A stretch of DNA of 64,000 nucleotides from Mobula hypostoma (lineage: Eukaryota). The DNA lies in contig NC_086097.1 of the NCBI RefSeq assembly GCF_963921235.1, positions 201,564,001 through 201,628,000 on the forward strand, in the 5' to 3' direction. A program made the translations under genes and the position numbers. Shown piece after piece: positions 36,877 to 51,000 of this stretch (position 1 is the stretch's first letter; each line of letters starts with the position of its first letter). The notes beneath the pieces were generated by a model. The model worked only from the letters and a program-made list of their open reading frames with translations. It ran no database searches and had not been told where the DNA came from.

Positions 36877-38815
36877 ACACACAACATGACGGAGGAAGGT
36901 CAGGTAGCATCCTTGGAAGGAAAACCACAGCCGATGTTTTGGGCTAAGACCCTTCATCTGGATTGGAAAGGCAGGGGATGGAAGCCAAAATAAATGGGTG
37001 GGGGTGGGGGAGGGGAAGGGAAGGAGCATGAGCTGGTGGTCGAGCAGAGAATCCAGATGAGGGGGAAAGGTAGAAAGAGGGAAAAAGGGAATGATGGGAG
37101 AAGCCCAGGGATGATAGGTGGAAGAAGCAAAGGGCTAAAGGAGGAAGCTAATAGGGGAAGGCAGGGAATAAAGGGAAGGAGATGGGGAACCAGAGGCAGG
37201 AAGGCATGGGTGATGGGCATGTTTTGAGACCTAGGAGTGGAAAAGAAAAGGTAAACCAGCCACAGGTATAAGAGAAAGTAAGAGGGAGGACAGAGGGCAA
37301 TGGTTAACAGAAGTCAGAGAAATCAATGTTGTCGCTGTTGAGTTGGAGATTACCAAGACGGAGTATGAAGTCTACACCTGGCCTTGATGTGAGGAAGAAG
37401 CACAAATGCAGTCATCAATGTAACAGAGAAGGCATGCTCTCCAACACTACAATACCTTTCAGTTCCCTGGCCCTGACCACCTCATTTTCACCATGGATGA
37501 CCAATACTTGTACATTTCCATCCTCATCAGGAAGGCCTCAAGGCTCTTCACTTCTTTCTTGGCAGCAGACCCAGCCACTTCCCCTCTACACCACCCTCCA
37601 TCTTGGAGAACTGATACTCACCCTCAACAATTTCTCTTACAGTTCCTCTCACTTTCTCTAGACCAAATGTATAGCCATAATCGCTTGCATGTGCCCCAGC
37701 TACGACAGACTATTCATCAGCTACGTGAACAGTCCATGTTCTAAGCCTACACCAATGACACTCCCTACTCTTTCTCCACTATATTGGCAACCGTATTGAT
37801 GCTGTTTCCTGCACGCATGTGGAACTTACCATCTTCACCACCTGCTTCCACACTGCCCTCAAATTCACTTGGCCCATCTCCATCGCCTCTCATCACTTTC
37901 TTGCTCCCCCTGGATCCATCTCCAAGACAGATTATCAACTGACATCTTTTACAAACCACAGATATCTACAGATACATTGACTAGGCTTCTTCCCATCCTG
38001 CACTTGCGAGGATGTTATTCCCTTCTCTCAGTTCCTTTGTCTCCAGTACATCTATTTTCATGATAAGGTTTTCCATTCAAGAACATCCTTATTTTTACAA
38101 AAATGTAATTTCCCTTCCTCTGCTGTCAGTGTAGCTCCCAACCACATCTCCTCCATTTTCCACACATCTGCCCTTACCCATACAGGGACAAGGTTACCCT
38201 TGTTCTCACCTTACACCTCTTCTTTCTCTATAGCTAATGCCATATCCAACAGAAACCCATCACTCGGCTTATCACCCTCTCTTCTCCCAAACCCTCTCCA
38301 CTTTCTCTCTGTGACTCCCATGTCCACTCATCCCTCCCCATCAATTCCCCCTCCTGGCACTTACCTCCGCAAACAGGTATTACACATGCCCCATCACCTC
38401 CTCCCTCACAGGCATCCAGAGCTTCTGGTGAGGCAGCACTTAACATGTGAATCCATTTGTGTTATTTATTGCATCCAGTGCTACCAGTGTGGCCTTTCCT
38501 GACACAGATTTAACTTCACCTCCCTGTATCTGGTTCCCTATCTCCTTCTCTTTATTCCATGGTCTTCCTCTATCAGATTACTTTTTCTTCAGCCCTTAGC
38601 CTCTTTCACCTGTTACCTCCCAACTTCTCACATCATTCCTTTTTCTCCCACCTTCTCCCCACCCTTTCATTGTAGCGTCTTCCCCCTTCATTTCCAATCT
38701 AGTAGAAGGGTCTCAATCCAAAACTTTGAATTCCTCTCCATCAATACTGCCTGATCTGTTGAGTTCCTCCAACGATTTTTTTTTGTATGTTGCTCCAGAT
38801 TTACAGTGTCTTCAG
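36877..38815 (+). mobile_element. Penelope-like retroelement, decayed, with inverted upstream pLTR
   Basis: RT remnants ELILTLNNFSYSSSHFL and STDIFYKP; GIY-YIG remnant VRQHLTCESICVIYCIQCYQCGL; purine-rich inverted block about 36877-37400 mirrors pyrimidine-rich 38500-38815. Confidence 0.85.
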
Positions 38816-39419
38816 TCTCTCTTGTGCCTCTGAAAATCATGAACCTTATTGTCTCTTGCTGTGTACCATTCTTCACAGTTTCCAAGTCAGAACAGATTTT
38901 AGAGTGCAGGAGAGAAAAAGAGAGCATGTCAGATCAATAATCCTTTGTCATCTGATGGAAGGTTATTGACCAAAAACATTAACTCTTCTGTCCTTCCTGA
39001 CCTGCTAAAAAATTCCAGCAATCCTCTGATTATTTCAAATTTCCATTCACTTGAGTTTTCTGATTTTTGACAAGTTGTGAGAGGTTTGCCAGCCCACATT
39101 CCCAACAAATCCACCTTCCCCAAGCCAACAAACTTCTTTTGAGCTTACTAACTGAATGTGTAACCATATTTAGTTGGAAACATAAAGCCAGCACCATGCC
39201 TGAATTACTCTGAAGGGAACAGGTTAATTGTGTTTTATGAACACGGTCCCTTTTTCAGGATCAGCATATTAGCATCAAACCAAGGTAGCAGCGCTTATCA
39301 CTGTCACTGCTGCTCTAACCTCTCCTCTACTTTCAAGTAAAGGACAAATCTTTTAATTCAAAATCTACACAACAAAATCTACTTTTTGGCCAAGTAAATA
39401 ACAATGTTAATACACAATA

Positions 39420-42400
39420 CAGTGCATATAAAAAGTATTCACCCCCCCCCCTTGGAAGTCTTCATGTTTTATTGTTTTACAACATTGAATCTCAGTGGCT
39501 TTAATTTGGCATTTTATAACACTGATCAACAGAAAAAGACTCTTTCGTGTCAAAGTGAAAACAAATCTCTACAAAATGGTTACAAAGTTCAATACAAATA
39601 TAAAACACTAAATTGATTGCAGAAGTATTCACCCCCTTTGATATGACAAACTAAATCATCACTGGCTCAACCAATTGGTTTTAGAAGTCACATAATTAGT
39701 TAAATGGAGATTATCTGTGTGCAGTCAAGATGTTTCAATTGATTGTAGTAAAAATACACCTATATCCAGAAGGTCCAACTGCTTACTAGTAGGGAATGGG
39801 GAGCAAGTTGTTCAGCTTTGAAGAGAATGTATGTGGCTTTAGTGAGATCTGTATTGGATTATGGAAATATAGCATATGGATCAGCAGCTAGGTCTCTTAT
39901 AAGGAAACTGGATGTGATTTAGGCTCAGGCCTTGAGAGTGTGCAGTGGGGCTTTTAAAATGTCACCAGTGTCAGCCCTACAGGTAGAAATGGGAATAATG
40001 CCTTTGGAACTAAGAAGGTTGGAACTAAGAAGGATGCAACTGATGGCAAACTACTGGGCTAACTTGCAGGGGCACAATGATTCTCACCCTACTAAAGGAG
40101 TCTTGCAGGAGTGCTGGGAAAATGGGAGGTTTCAGAGGGATACTTTTAGTCGGGTAGGGAATGATATTGCGAAAGAATGTGGAGTATTTGATCTGAGGAT
40201 AAGTCCTTCAGTAGTTTATCCGGTTGTAGCTCCTTGGAAGCTTGTATGGCCCGACATAGACTGGCATTTGTTAGAGGTAAAAAGGAAAGAAAGATAGAAA
40301 ACAGATTTGGTAAATGCATTTAACTGTCATGTGATGGAAAAGTATAGTGATTATACTCACATTTATATGGATGGTGCGAAGGAACCTGAAACAGGAGTGA
40401 CAGGGTTTGGGGTGGTAATACCAGCAAAAGAAACTGGAATCAGCAGAAGAACATCTAATAAGTTAGGGGTGTTTACAGTGGAGATGCTGGCAGTGTTGGT
40501 TGCGTTGCAATGGGTGCAGAAAGCCAGACAAGCCAAAGCATTGATATGTTCAGATTCATCCTCAGTTCTAGCAAGTTTAAGGTCTTTTCACACAGTCGGC
40601 AAGATGTACTTTATGAAGTCCTTCAGTTAGTTACAAGAATTTGCAAATCAGGGAGGTCAGGTAAAATTTCTATGGGTTCCAGCGCATGTAGGGGTGAAGG
40701 GGAATGAGAGGGTGGATGAGTTGGCAAAGAGGGCGTTAAAGAAAGAAAATGTGGAAATGCACATTAGTATCAGTAAAGCAGAGGTTAAGTGTGTAATCTG
40801 GGAAAAAGTCAACCGAATGTGGCAAGAAAGATGGGACAGGGAGGGGAAAGGGAGGCATTTATATCTAATACAAAAGAGTGTTGCAGTTACTAGGGTAGGT
40901 AATGGAAACAGAAGAGAGGAAATTGTGTGGACTAGGTTAAGGCTGGGGCATTGTGCATTAAACAAAACATTGAAAATGATAGGGAAACACCAGACAGGAT
41001 TGTGTGAGGAATGTCAGGAAGAGGAGTCAGTAGAACATGCAGTTCTGAGTTGCAGGAAGTATGGGATACAGAGAGAGATGATGAGAAATAAATTAAGGGA
41101 GTTGGGGATGCAGGAATTCACATTCAAAGGGTTGCTGGGCATGGGTGAGAGAGCACAAGTCCGGGTATTTTTGGTGTTTTTAAGGGGTACAGGGGTTTTT
41201 TATAGAATATGACGAATAAACAGGAATAGGATACTAGGATGGTCAAAGATGGGAGGGTGAAGTGTGTTTGTATATATGTGTATTTGTGTGTATGTGCGCG
41301 CGCGATTGGGTGAAGGGATTTAGAATGTATGTCTAGTGCACATTCTGGAGCAGAGGGTGGCGGTAATGCACCATTAAGCTGGATGCCAACCGCCGTAAAA
41401 CAAGATACAGACAGACAGGTCCAACTGCTGGTGAGTCAGTATCCTGGCAAAAACTACACCATGAAGACAAAAGAACACTCCCAAGCAACTCTGCAAAAAG
41501 GTTATTGAAAAGCACAAGTCAGGAGATGGATACAAGAAAATTTCCAAGTCACTGTATATCCCTTGGTCTATATTAAGTCAATCATAAAGAGATGGAAAGA
41601 ATATGGCACAGCTGTAAACCTGCCGAGAGCAGGCTGTCCTCAAAAACTGAGTGATCGTGCAAGAATGGGACGAATAAGGGAGGCCACCAAGAAACCTATG
41701 ACAACTTTGGAGGAGTTACAAGCTTTAGTAGCTGAAATAGGAGATACTGTGCATACAAGAACTGTTGCTCAGGTGCTTCACCAGTCGCTGCTTTAGGGGA
41801 GGGTGGCAAAGAGACAGCCACTGTTTTAAAAAAAACCTCACATGAAATCTCAGCTAGAGTTTGCCAGCAGTCAGCTGGAAGAAGGTTCTATGATCTGATG
41901 AAACCAAAATTGAGCATTTTGGCCATTAGACCAAGCGCTATGTTTGGTATAAGCCGAACACCGCATATCATCAAAAAACACACCACCCCCGACTGTGAAG
42001 CCTGGTGGTGACTGCATCATGCTGTGAGGATGCTTCACTGCAGCAGGCCCTGGAAAGCTTGTGAAGGTAGAGTAGAGGGTACAATTAATCTAGCAAAATA
42101 CAGGGAAATCCTGAAGGAAAACCTGATGCAGTCTGCAAAAGAACTGCAACTTGGGAGAAGATTTATTTTCCAGCAAGACAGTAACCCCAAGCATAAAGCC
42201 AAAGCTGCACAGGATTGGCTTAAAACCAACAAAGTTAACATTCTGGAGTGGCCAAGTCAGAGTCCAGACCTCAATCCAATTGAGAATTCATGGCTGGACT
42301 TGAAAAGGGCATGATCCCCATGCAATCTGACAGAGTTTTGTGAAGAAAAATGGGGAAAATTGCAGTATCTAGATATGCAAAGGTAATAGAGACCTATCCA

Positions 42401-42594
42401 CACAGACTCAAGGCTGTAATTGCTGCCAAAGGTGCATCTACTAAATACTGACTTGAAGGTGATAAGTAATTATGCAATCAATTATATTGTGTTTAATAAC
42501 TGTAATACATTTAGATCAATTTGTAGAAACTTGTTTTCACTTTGACGTGAATGAGTCTTTTCTGTTGATCAGTGTCAAAAAAGCCAAATTAAAT
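39420..42594 (+). mobile_element. Tc1 transposon (IR/DR type), decayed, right TIR truncated, split by a LINE
   Basis: TA/CAGTG start; AAGTATTCACCCC direct repeats near 39434 and 39623; KSIIKRWKEYGTAVNLPRAG and FQQDSNPKH...LEWPSQSPDLNPIEN. Confidence 0.92.
39784..41416 (+). mobile_element. 5'-truncated I-group (I/Nimb-like) LINE with RNase H and CCHC domains
   Basis: Perfect 13-bp TSD AGGTCCAACTGCT (39771-39783, 41417-41429); RSVLDYG, IYMDG, ICSDS, WVPAHVGVKGNERVDELAK, CEECQEEESVEHAVLSC; (CAGA)n tail. Confidence 0.88.
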
Positions 42595-42855
42595 AGTTGA
42601 GGAGGCTATATGGGTGGACATGTCAGAATGGGTGGCCACTGGGAGATCCCACTTTTTCAGGCGGACAGAGCATAGATGCTTGGCGAAGCGGTCTCCCAAT
42701 CTACATTGGGTCTCTGATATAAAGGGGGTCACACCAGAAGCGCCTGATACAATAGATGACCCCAACAGACTTGCAGGTGAAGTGTTGCCTCACCAGGAAG
42801 GACCTTTTGGGGCCCTAAATGGTAGTGAGGGAGGATGTATAGGGGCAGATGTACA
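42595..42855 (-). mobile_element. Penelope GIY-YIG endonuclease fragment
   Basis: Minus strand VRQHFTCKSVGVIYCIRRFWCDPLYI. Confidence 0.8.
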
Positions 42856-45394
42856 AGCAGGTTTTTATCCATTATACAATACCACCAAGGAGGCATCTGA
42901 TTGGTCCTAACTTCATTTTGCAACAGGATAATAACTACATAACGTTGTTTCATTTGATAATCACAGTGTATCACCAGTGGAGAGAACCTGGCCTAACTTA
43001 TGTTCAAAGGACATCCAGATGACTTCATGAACTTTGGGCCATCCAATCTATGTAGGATAACCTATATCCACGTTGACCAAAGAGTGAAGTGAATGAAAAC
43101 TGTATACAACTAGACCAGCTGTTAGTAAAATATGATGCTTGTAGTGTTTTAGTCTAGTCTAAAGCCATGTTGCACACACCATGTGTTACTGCCTGCTAAT
43201 AAGACGACTGTGATTTTGCAGTTTCTAGAATTATGCACATTTGGGCTCAAAGGTGCTGCTGAACGGCTCATACAGAGCTAATCTGTGTACCCTTCAACAA
43301 TTACTTGAATTCATTATAGAGGGTCTTCACTCTCTTCATCAGTTGATTCGATCAAAAATCGATCAAACAAGTGAACTTTGGCAAGGCAATTGCCAGGGGT
43401 GAAAGTAGTAGAAAGGCTTTTGATCCATTTTACAGCATTTTAAACAGTATTTGGAATGAAGAAGAGATGCCTCAATAGATCAGGATTTGTCACCCTATTA
43501 AAATGGAGGAGCAACTTGTAAGGTTCCTTATACTATACAAGTAATTCTTGTTATATGACATATCAGCACATCACAATTTAATGCAGTCCATTAAGTAGTG
43601 TGCAGTATTAAAGTCTAATTGTGCATCTCTTAATTTTAATGTATAAAGACTGTACCAGAATCCAAGGTGCTTCAGGAGGTAAAGGGCATTTGGTTGCCTT
43701 ATTAGTCTTTACCAGTCTCATCAGTTTATTTTGATTTCTGGTTTTGAGAAGATTGACAATAATTATCAGTGCCATTTACATTTACACAGCACAAGAATCA
43801 ACTTAATTATTGCAGCTTCCTCAAGTTGTGCTGCAGCCCTCTCTCTTCATTCCTTAATATACTCATGAATAGTTTGGAGGGCCATCTTATTAATATTGAA
43901 GTTTTGTCTCTTTGTGGTTGCCATCATTAGCATCCAATCAATTTGTAGATAAATATTTTTCTAATTACTTTTTCCTCTCTAAGATTCTTGTTGCAAATTG
44001 GACCAATCATATTTCCAAGCACCAACAACATTGCAATTGTATTTTATGCAATATTTTGTTTTAAGTATTATCTATTTTCTCAAAATTCAAATTGTGAAAT
44101 ATATCCACCTTACAGAAGTACTTGTAGTGTTAGGACTTAACTCAAACATAATTATTCCCTGGGCTATTTCTACACCACTAGTAATATTGTTGCTTAGGTA
44201 CCTACCTTCCCAAGTATGCTTGTGAAGTCCTTGATGAATTGTTCATCATTTCCTATACATCTTCAGAACCTTTGACAGATGTGGCACAGTGCATTTTGAA
44301 ACAGCTATCATTGTGTTGTATTCCATCAAGTTATTTTTCATGGTAACTTAGTTCTTGTCAGATTATTTTCTTCTGTATAGTTTTTTTATGAACTTAGTGC
44401 TTGGCAAGGCAACGGTAAAGTTTATTGGTGTGAAATCAGGATGGCACAAGAAGTTCTCCTTCATACCGATAACCTTTACATTCATCAGCAAAATAATTTT
44501 TTGATTGTACAATTTTACATTTATCACCACCCTTGACATTTTATGTCTCCAACAAATACAACTAGCAATTGCTTTCTGGTGCAGTAATGAATCATCTAAT
44601 TGTGCCCTTCTTAAGGCTGTCTATGAAAATGTCTGCATTTTCACATGAGCGCCGACAATTTCTTGCCTTTTATCCCATCTGTTGATGTGCTTCCCTTTTG
44701 AACTTCCATTTCATAAATTTCCTCCAGTACAGTTTATTTGTTCTACTTGACATCACTATTAACACTACGATTACAAAGTGCTGAATAACTCTGGATTAGA
44801 TTTTAAAAATTAAATTTGGTCCCCACTGAGCAATCAGATCACTAAAACAGGAAATAATCAATTTGCATAGCAACCCATTCCAATTTATGAACAGAAATTA
44901 TTTATAAAAAGAACAACTCTTTCTATTCATCCTGTTTGTCTTTCATAATTAGCAGTAACTCACATTGGTGGTTAGTTCAGTCTAGGATGTAATAGAATTG
45001 TAGGCAGAGTCAGCTAGATTTGCCTTCTAGATTTTTTTCCAAACATCAACACAAAAGATCACAATATCTCAATTAACATGGATTCATGCTTAAAATATTA
45101 AGACTTGTTCATTTGGGCAAATTGCACTGCCTAAAACATGCTACCAAGTGGAAAATCCTGCTCCTAGCATTTATGACTTGCCATATTTTACACACCACAT
45201 AAAGCAAGCGTGATAATTGACAATGAAACATTGACAGGTTTATACATTTTCAATTTAGATGAACAGCTTCCAGAGTTCTATGCATACTTGTTCCATGATG
45301 TGGCAATAACCGTAAATTAAACTACATTTTTTTAGCCAGTGTAGTTAAAAGTTCCTAAATATGAATGTGCTTATTTTGGAATCTTTTCATAACC

Positions 45395-47230
45395 AGTAAG
45401 CCATAGAGCACTACAGCATACAAAACTGGTCCTTTGACCCATCATCCATGCTTTCCTGTCCTAGTCCCATTTGCCCGCACCTGGACTAGAGCCCACCAAA
45501 CACCTCTCATCCATGTACCTATCCAGAGATCTCTTAAATGTTTCAATTGACTTCGCATCCACTATCTACGCTGACAACTCGCACCACATTCTGAGTAAAG
45601 GTTCAAAAGTCAAATTTAGTGTCAGAGAAATGTTTACAATATACATTCTGAAATGCTTTTCCTTCACAAACTTCCAAGAAAACAGAAGTGCTCCAAAGAA
45701 CCCCAAAGTACCCCCCAGCTCCCCTCTCTCCTGCACGCAGGCGGCAGCAAGCAACAATCCCCCCTCCCCCCCACCAGCAAAAAAAAAACCATAGGCACCT
45801 GCCACGGAGCACTCAAGCGTGAACAAAGCAATAGCAAATGCACATACTTACAGTTACCCCAAAGACTTCACATTTCACCTGGTATACGACATACCACAGC
45901 CTCTCTCTCTCCCTAATAAGGGAGAAGGAGAGGAACAAGTTCCCCTTAAATATTTCACCTTTCACCCTAAACCTATGAATTCCAGTTGAAGTCTCATCAA
46001 CCTCAGGGGAAAATGCTGATGTGCATTTATCCTATTTGTACACCTCATAATTTTGAATACCTCTTTAAGATCCCCCCCCCATTCTCCTATGCTCCTGGAA
46101 TAAAGTTCTAACCTTTTCAAGTTTCCCTATAACTCAGGTCCTCAAGTCCAGGCAATATCTCTTAAATTTTCACTGCAGTCTTTCAAGCTTATTGATCTTT
46201 CCCGCACAGCCATCCAAATTCAGCCTCACCAATGTCTTATACAACTCCAACGTTACATCTCAACTCCTATATTGAGTGTTCTGATTTTTGAAGGCCATTG
46301 TGCCAAAAGATCACTTTATGATCTGATCTACCCATGACACCACTTTCGTGGAACTAAGGTATTCACAGATTCCTTTGTTCTGCCGCACACGTCAGTGCCT
46401 TATTCCCTGTGTAACTCCTCCTCTGGTTCGTCCTTCCAAAGTACAACACCTCACACTTGTCTGTCTGCATTAAATTTCATTTGCTGTTTTTCAACCCATT
46501 TTTTAAGTTGCTCCAGATCATGCTGCAAACTAGCCTTCCTCGCTGTCTGCTATATCCCCACAAATTTGCCAATCGAGTTTACCACATTATTATTTAAATC
46601 ATTGTCATTTAAATTTCGGCACAGTAATGTAATAACTAGCACAACACTTTACTGCATGCCACCTGTAAGATTGGGGTTCAATTCTCCCTGCTTTTTGTCA
46701 GGAGTTTGTATGTTCTCCCCATAATTGGATTTCCTCCGGGTACTCCGACTTCCTCTCACACGCCAAAAACATACATTTTGGGTTGGTGATTTACGGGCAT
46801 GCTGTGATGGTGCTGCAAGGACTTGCTGATTTGATTTGACATAGAAAGAAGCAGCTCATTGGATTCTTCATGTGCATGTGACCAATAAAGCTATTCTTTA
46901 CAGAATCATTAATGTAGATTAAAAAAACAGCCATCGACATACCACTAGTCACAAGCCTACAGTCAGACAGACAAGCTATCATCTACTACCATCTCTCTGT
47001 CTTTTTCTACTAAGGCAACGTTGAATCCAGTTTCTACTCCTGAATACCAAGCAACTTAACCTTCTGGACCAACCTCAAATGCGGGGCTTTGTCAAAGACC
47101 TTGCTAAAGTCCATGTAGACAATGTCCACCTTCCTCATAATGTCCTCAAAAAAACTCCATAAGATTGGTTATACCCGGCCTACCATGTACAAAACCATCT
47201 GGACTAACCCTAATTAGGCCCTGTCTATCT
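45395..47230 (-). mobile_element. decayed CR1 LINE with nested insertions (about 45600-45935 and SINE about 46620-46900)
   Basis: VYMDFSKVFDK and KFNADKCEV remnants on the minus strand; CR1 3' UTR near 45400. Confidence 0.75.
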
Positions 47231-47452
47231 CTAATCAGTGTCTTCCTTGAAAGTTTATTAGTTCAAGTACAGATATAAGAAAGCATTATTCAGCAGCCTC
47301 CAACAAGGCTGTCCACTCAGTCAAAAATGGTCATGCCTTCTCTATAGCACACCCTGCATTTGCAGTTTGAAAGGATACAGGCTTGCTTTTCCCCGAAAAC
47401 TAATAAGTTTCTTTTTCTTTCATTTTCACATCCTAACATGACATTAGATTGT

Positions 47453-47785
47453 AACACATACAAATGCCAGAGGAACTCAGCAGGTCTGGCAGCATCTGTG
47501 GAAGTGAATAAACAGTCGACGTTTTGGGCCAAGACTCTTCCTTAGGACTGGAAAGGAAGGGGAAGATGAGAGAATTAAAAGGTGGAGGGAAGGGGAAGGA
47601 GAATGGCTAGAAGGTGATGGACAAAGCCTGGTGGGTAGGAAAGAGCTGGAGAGAAAGGAATCTGATAGAAGAGGAGAATGGACCATAGGAAAAAGGGGAT
47701 GAGGAGAGGCACCAGGGGAAGGTGATTGGCTGGCGAGAAGAGGGGAGGGGAGATAAAAATTTTTGTACCGGGGAGAAATCGATAA
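47453..47785 (-). mobile_element. Penelope pLTR fragment with degenerate hammerhead
   Basis: Minus strand CAGTC-CTAAGGA-AGAGTCTTGGCCC-AAAA-CGTC-GACTG; purine-rich block like 36960-37320. Confidence 0.75.
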
Positions 47786-48015
47786 ACCCAGATGGTTAAC
47801 TTGAAGTCATTTGCCTAAGGAACAAAGTTCTTCCAACTCTGAATCAAAGCCATACATATGTTCAGCCTTAAACAAATAAGAGAAAAAGACATATTAGCAA
47901 AATAACATTGAGTCTGCTTCGCCTTTTGATCATGGCTGATTTATTTCTCCCTCTCAATCCCATTCTCCTCCCACCTTCTCCTCGTAACCTTTGACACCCT
48001 TACTAATCAAGAGTA

Positions 48016-51000
48016 AGAGTCACATCTGCCAGAAGTGCATACGGCTGGGTGATCCGGAAGACCGTGTAAGGAATCTGGAGCAGCAGCTGGATGACCTTCG
48101 ACTCATAAGGGAGAATGAGGCAGCCATAGATGAGAGCTATAGGGAGGTAGTCACGCCTAGGCTGCCGGAAGCAGGTCATTGGATGACAGTCAGAGGGGGG
48201 GAAAGCGAAGGTGAGCAGACAGGTAGTGCAGACCACCCCTGTAGCCATTCCCCTAAATAATAAGTTTACCGTCCTGGATACTGTTGGCAGGGACGACTTA
48301 CCAGGTGTGAGCCATGGTGGCAGGGCCTCCGGCACTGAGTCTGACCCTGTGGTGCAGAAGGGTTGGACGGAGAAGAGGAGAGCTGTCGTCATTGGAGACT
48401 CTATAGTCAGGGGAGCAGACAGGAGATTTTGTGGACGTGAGAAGGACACCCGCATGGTTTGTTGTCTCCTGGGTGCCAGGGTCCGGGATATCCCTGACCG
48501 GGTGCACGACATCCTGGTACGAGAGGGAAGCAACCAGAAGTCGTGATACATGTTGGGACCAACGACATAGGCAGGAAGAGGGATGAGGTCCTGAAGTGTG
48601 AGTTTCGGGAATTAGGCAGAAGGCTGGAGAACAGGACCTCAAGGGTGACGTTCTCAGGATTGCTGTCAGTGCTACGTGATAGTGATGGTAAGAATTGGAG
48701 GAGATGGCAGTTGAATGCGTGGCTGAGGAGTTGGTGCAGGGAGCAGGGTTTTAGATTTTTGGATCATTAGGATCTCTTCTGGGGAAGGTGGGCCTTGTAC
48801 AGATTGGATGGGTGCTCCTGAACTCGAGGGGGAGCAATATCCTTGCAGGTAGGTTTGTTAGCATGGTTCGGGAGGGTTTAAACTAATTTGCAAGGGGGAT
48901 GGGACCCAGAGCGATAGAGCAGTGAAAGAAGTGCATGGAGTAAAGCCAGATCTAATATATAGAGAGGCTTTGAGGAAATAGAAGCAGGATAAAGGGTGTA
49001 AAGATAGGAAGGCAGAAGGGCTAAAGTGCGTGTACTTCAATGCAAGAAGCATCAGGAACAAAAGTGATGAACTGAGAGCTTAGATACATACATGGAATAA
49101 TGATGTAGTGGCCATTACAGAGACTTGGCTGGCACCAGGGCAGGAATGGATTCTCAATATTCCTGGATTTCAGTGCTTTAAAAGGGATAGAGAGGGGGAG
49201 AAAGGGTAGGAGGGGTGGCATTACTGGTCAGGGATACTATTACAGCTACAGAAAGGGTGGGTAATGTAGCAGGATCCTCTTTTGAGTCAGTATGGGTGGA
49301 AGTCAGGAACAGGAAGGAAGCAGTTACTCTATTGGGAGTATTCTACAGACCCTCTGGTAGCAGCAGAGATACTGAGGAGGAGATTGGGAGACCGATTTTG
49401 GAAAGGTGCAAAAATAACAGGGTTGTTATCATGGGTAAATTTAACTTCCCTAATATTGGTTGGCACCTGATTAGTTCCAAGGGTTTGGACGGGACAGAGT
49501 TTGTTAAGTGTGTCAAGGACGGATTCCTGTCACTGTATGTTGACAGGCCGACTAGGGGGAATGCCAAAATAGATCTAGTATTAGGTAACGAACCGGGTCA
49601 GGTCACAGATCTCTCAATGGATGATGTCATGTGATCAGCAACAATGAATGTATCGAGTCAGAATTTATAAACAAACAAACATTTATTAAACAATCAAAAA
49701 GAAAGGCAAACCCTAACCGGAAGTAAACAGCTATGCGGCCATTCAGTAAACCACTACTCAGTACTAGTTCTTAAAGTGATAATGTGAAACCAGTTCTTAA
49801 AGCGATAAATTCAAACACAGTTCTTCGAATGGTAAATTTTAAAGTCCAAGAGATTTATATAGTCAATTCGGAGAGACTTTCATGAAGCAACGAATTCCTC
49901 GGAGACATGATGTCACTGCCTCTCCCCGTCGGATCCTGCTTCGTCCACAGGATTCACAACAACAGAAACAGAACAGTTTTAAAGGCACTGACCTTCCTCC
50001 TCCGTAGAATAGATCCTGCACAGCCTTTCTGCCACTTTTAGCAGAGGCTATCTCATGCAGATCACTCTTTCTTGAACGAATTCAATAATGGTCAATCCTT
50101 TCCAAACCCGTCGAACGTCTCCTTCAGGGTCCCGTCTTCACTCTCCAATGTTACTGAAAGGATACATTAACAAACCTGGCAGCCATTGTCAAACTGCCGG
50201 TCCGGACTTCTGTACCTTACATTAGAACATAAAACTGCATTTAAAATCAAATCTGTGTCATAATGCAAATACACAGCAGAGCGGAGTATCTCAATGACGT
50301 TCTAACTGGAAAACTAACTGTGTCACCAGGGGTCTTCCCTTTTATACCCATGGTGAACATGTCATCACGTGACCTCACATCAGCAGGAAAATTACATCAG
50401 GTGACTTCCAAAAGACAATTACATCATTCTGACAAGAAAGTCAGATCTCCTTGAGGTATGTAACAGTGAGCATCTGGGGGACAGTGACCACCGCTCCCTG
50501 GCCTTTAGCATTATCATGGAAAAGGATAGAATCAGAGAGGACAGGAAAATTTTTAATTGGGAAAGGGCAAATTATAAGGCTAGAACTTGCGGGTGTGAAT
50601 TGGGATGATGTTTTTAAGGGAAATGTACTATGGACATGTGGTTGATGTTTAGGGATCTCTTGCAGGATGTTAGGGATAAATTTGTCCCGGTGAGGAAGAT
50701 AAAGAATGGTAGAGTGAAGGAATCATGGGTGATAAATGAGGTGGAAAATCTAGTCAGGTGGAAGAAGGCAGCATACATGAGGTTTAGGAAGCAAGGATCA
50801 GATGGGTCTATTGAGGAATATGGGGTAGCAAGAAAGCTTAAGAAGGAGCTGAGAAGAGCAAGAAGGGGGCATGAGAAGGCCTTGGTGAGTAGGGTAAAGG
50901 TAAACCCCAAGGCATTCTTCAATTATGTGAAGAACAAAAGATGATAGGAGTGAAGGTAGGACCGATTAGGGATAAAGGTGGGAAGATGTGCCTGGAGGCT

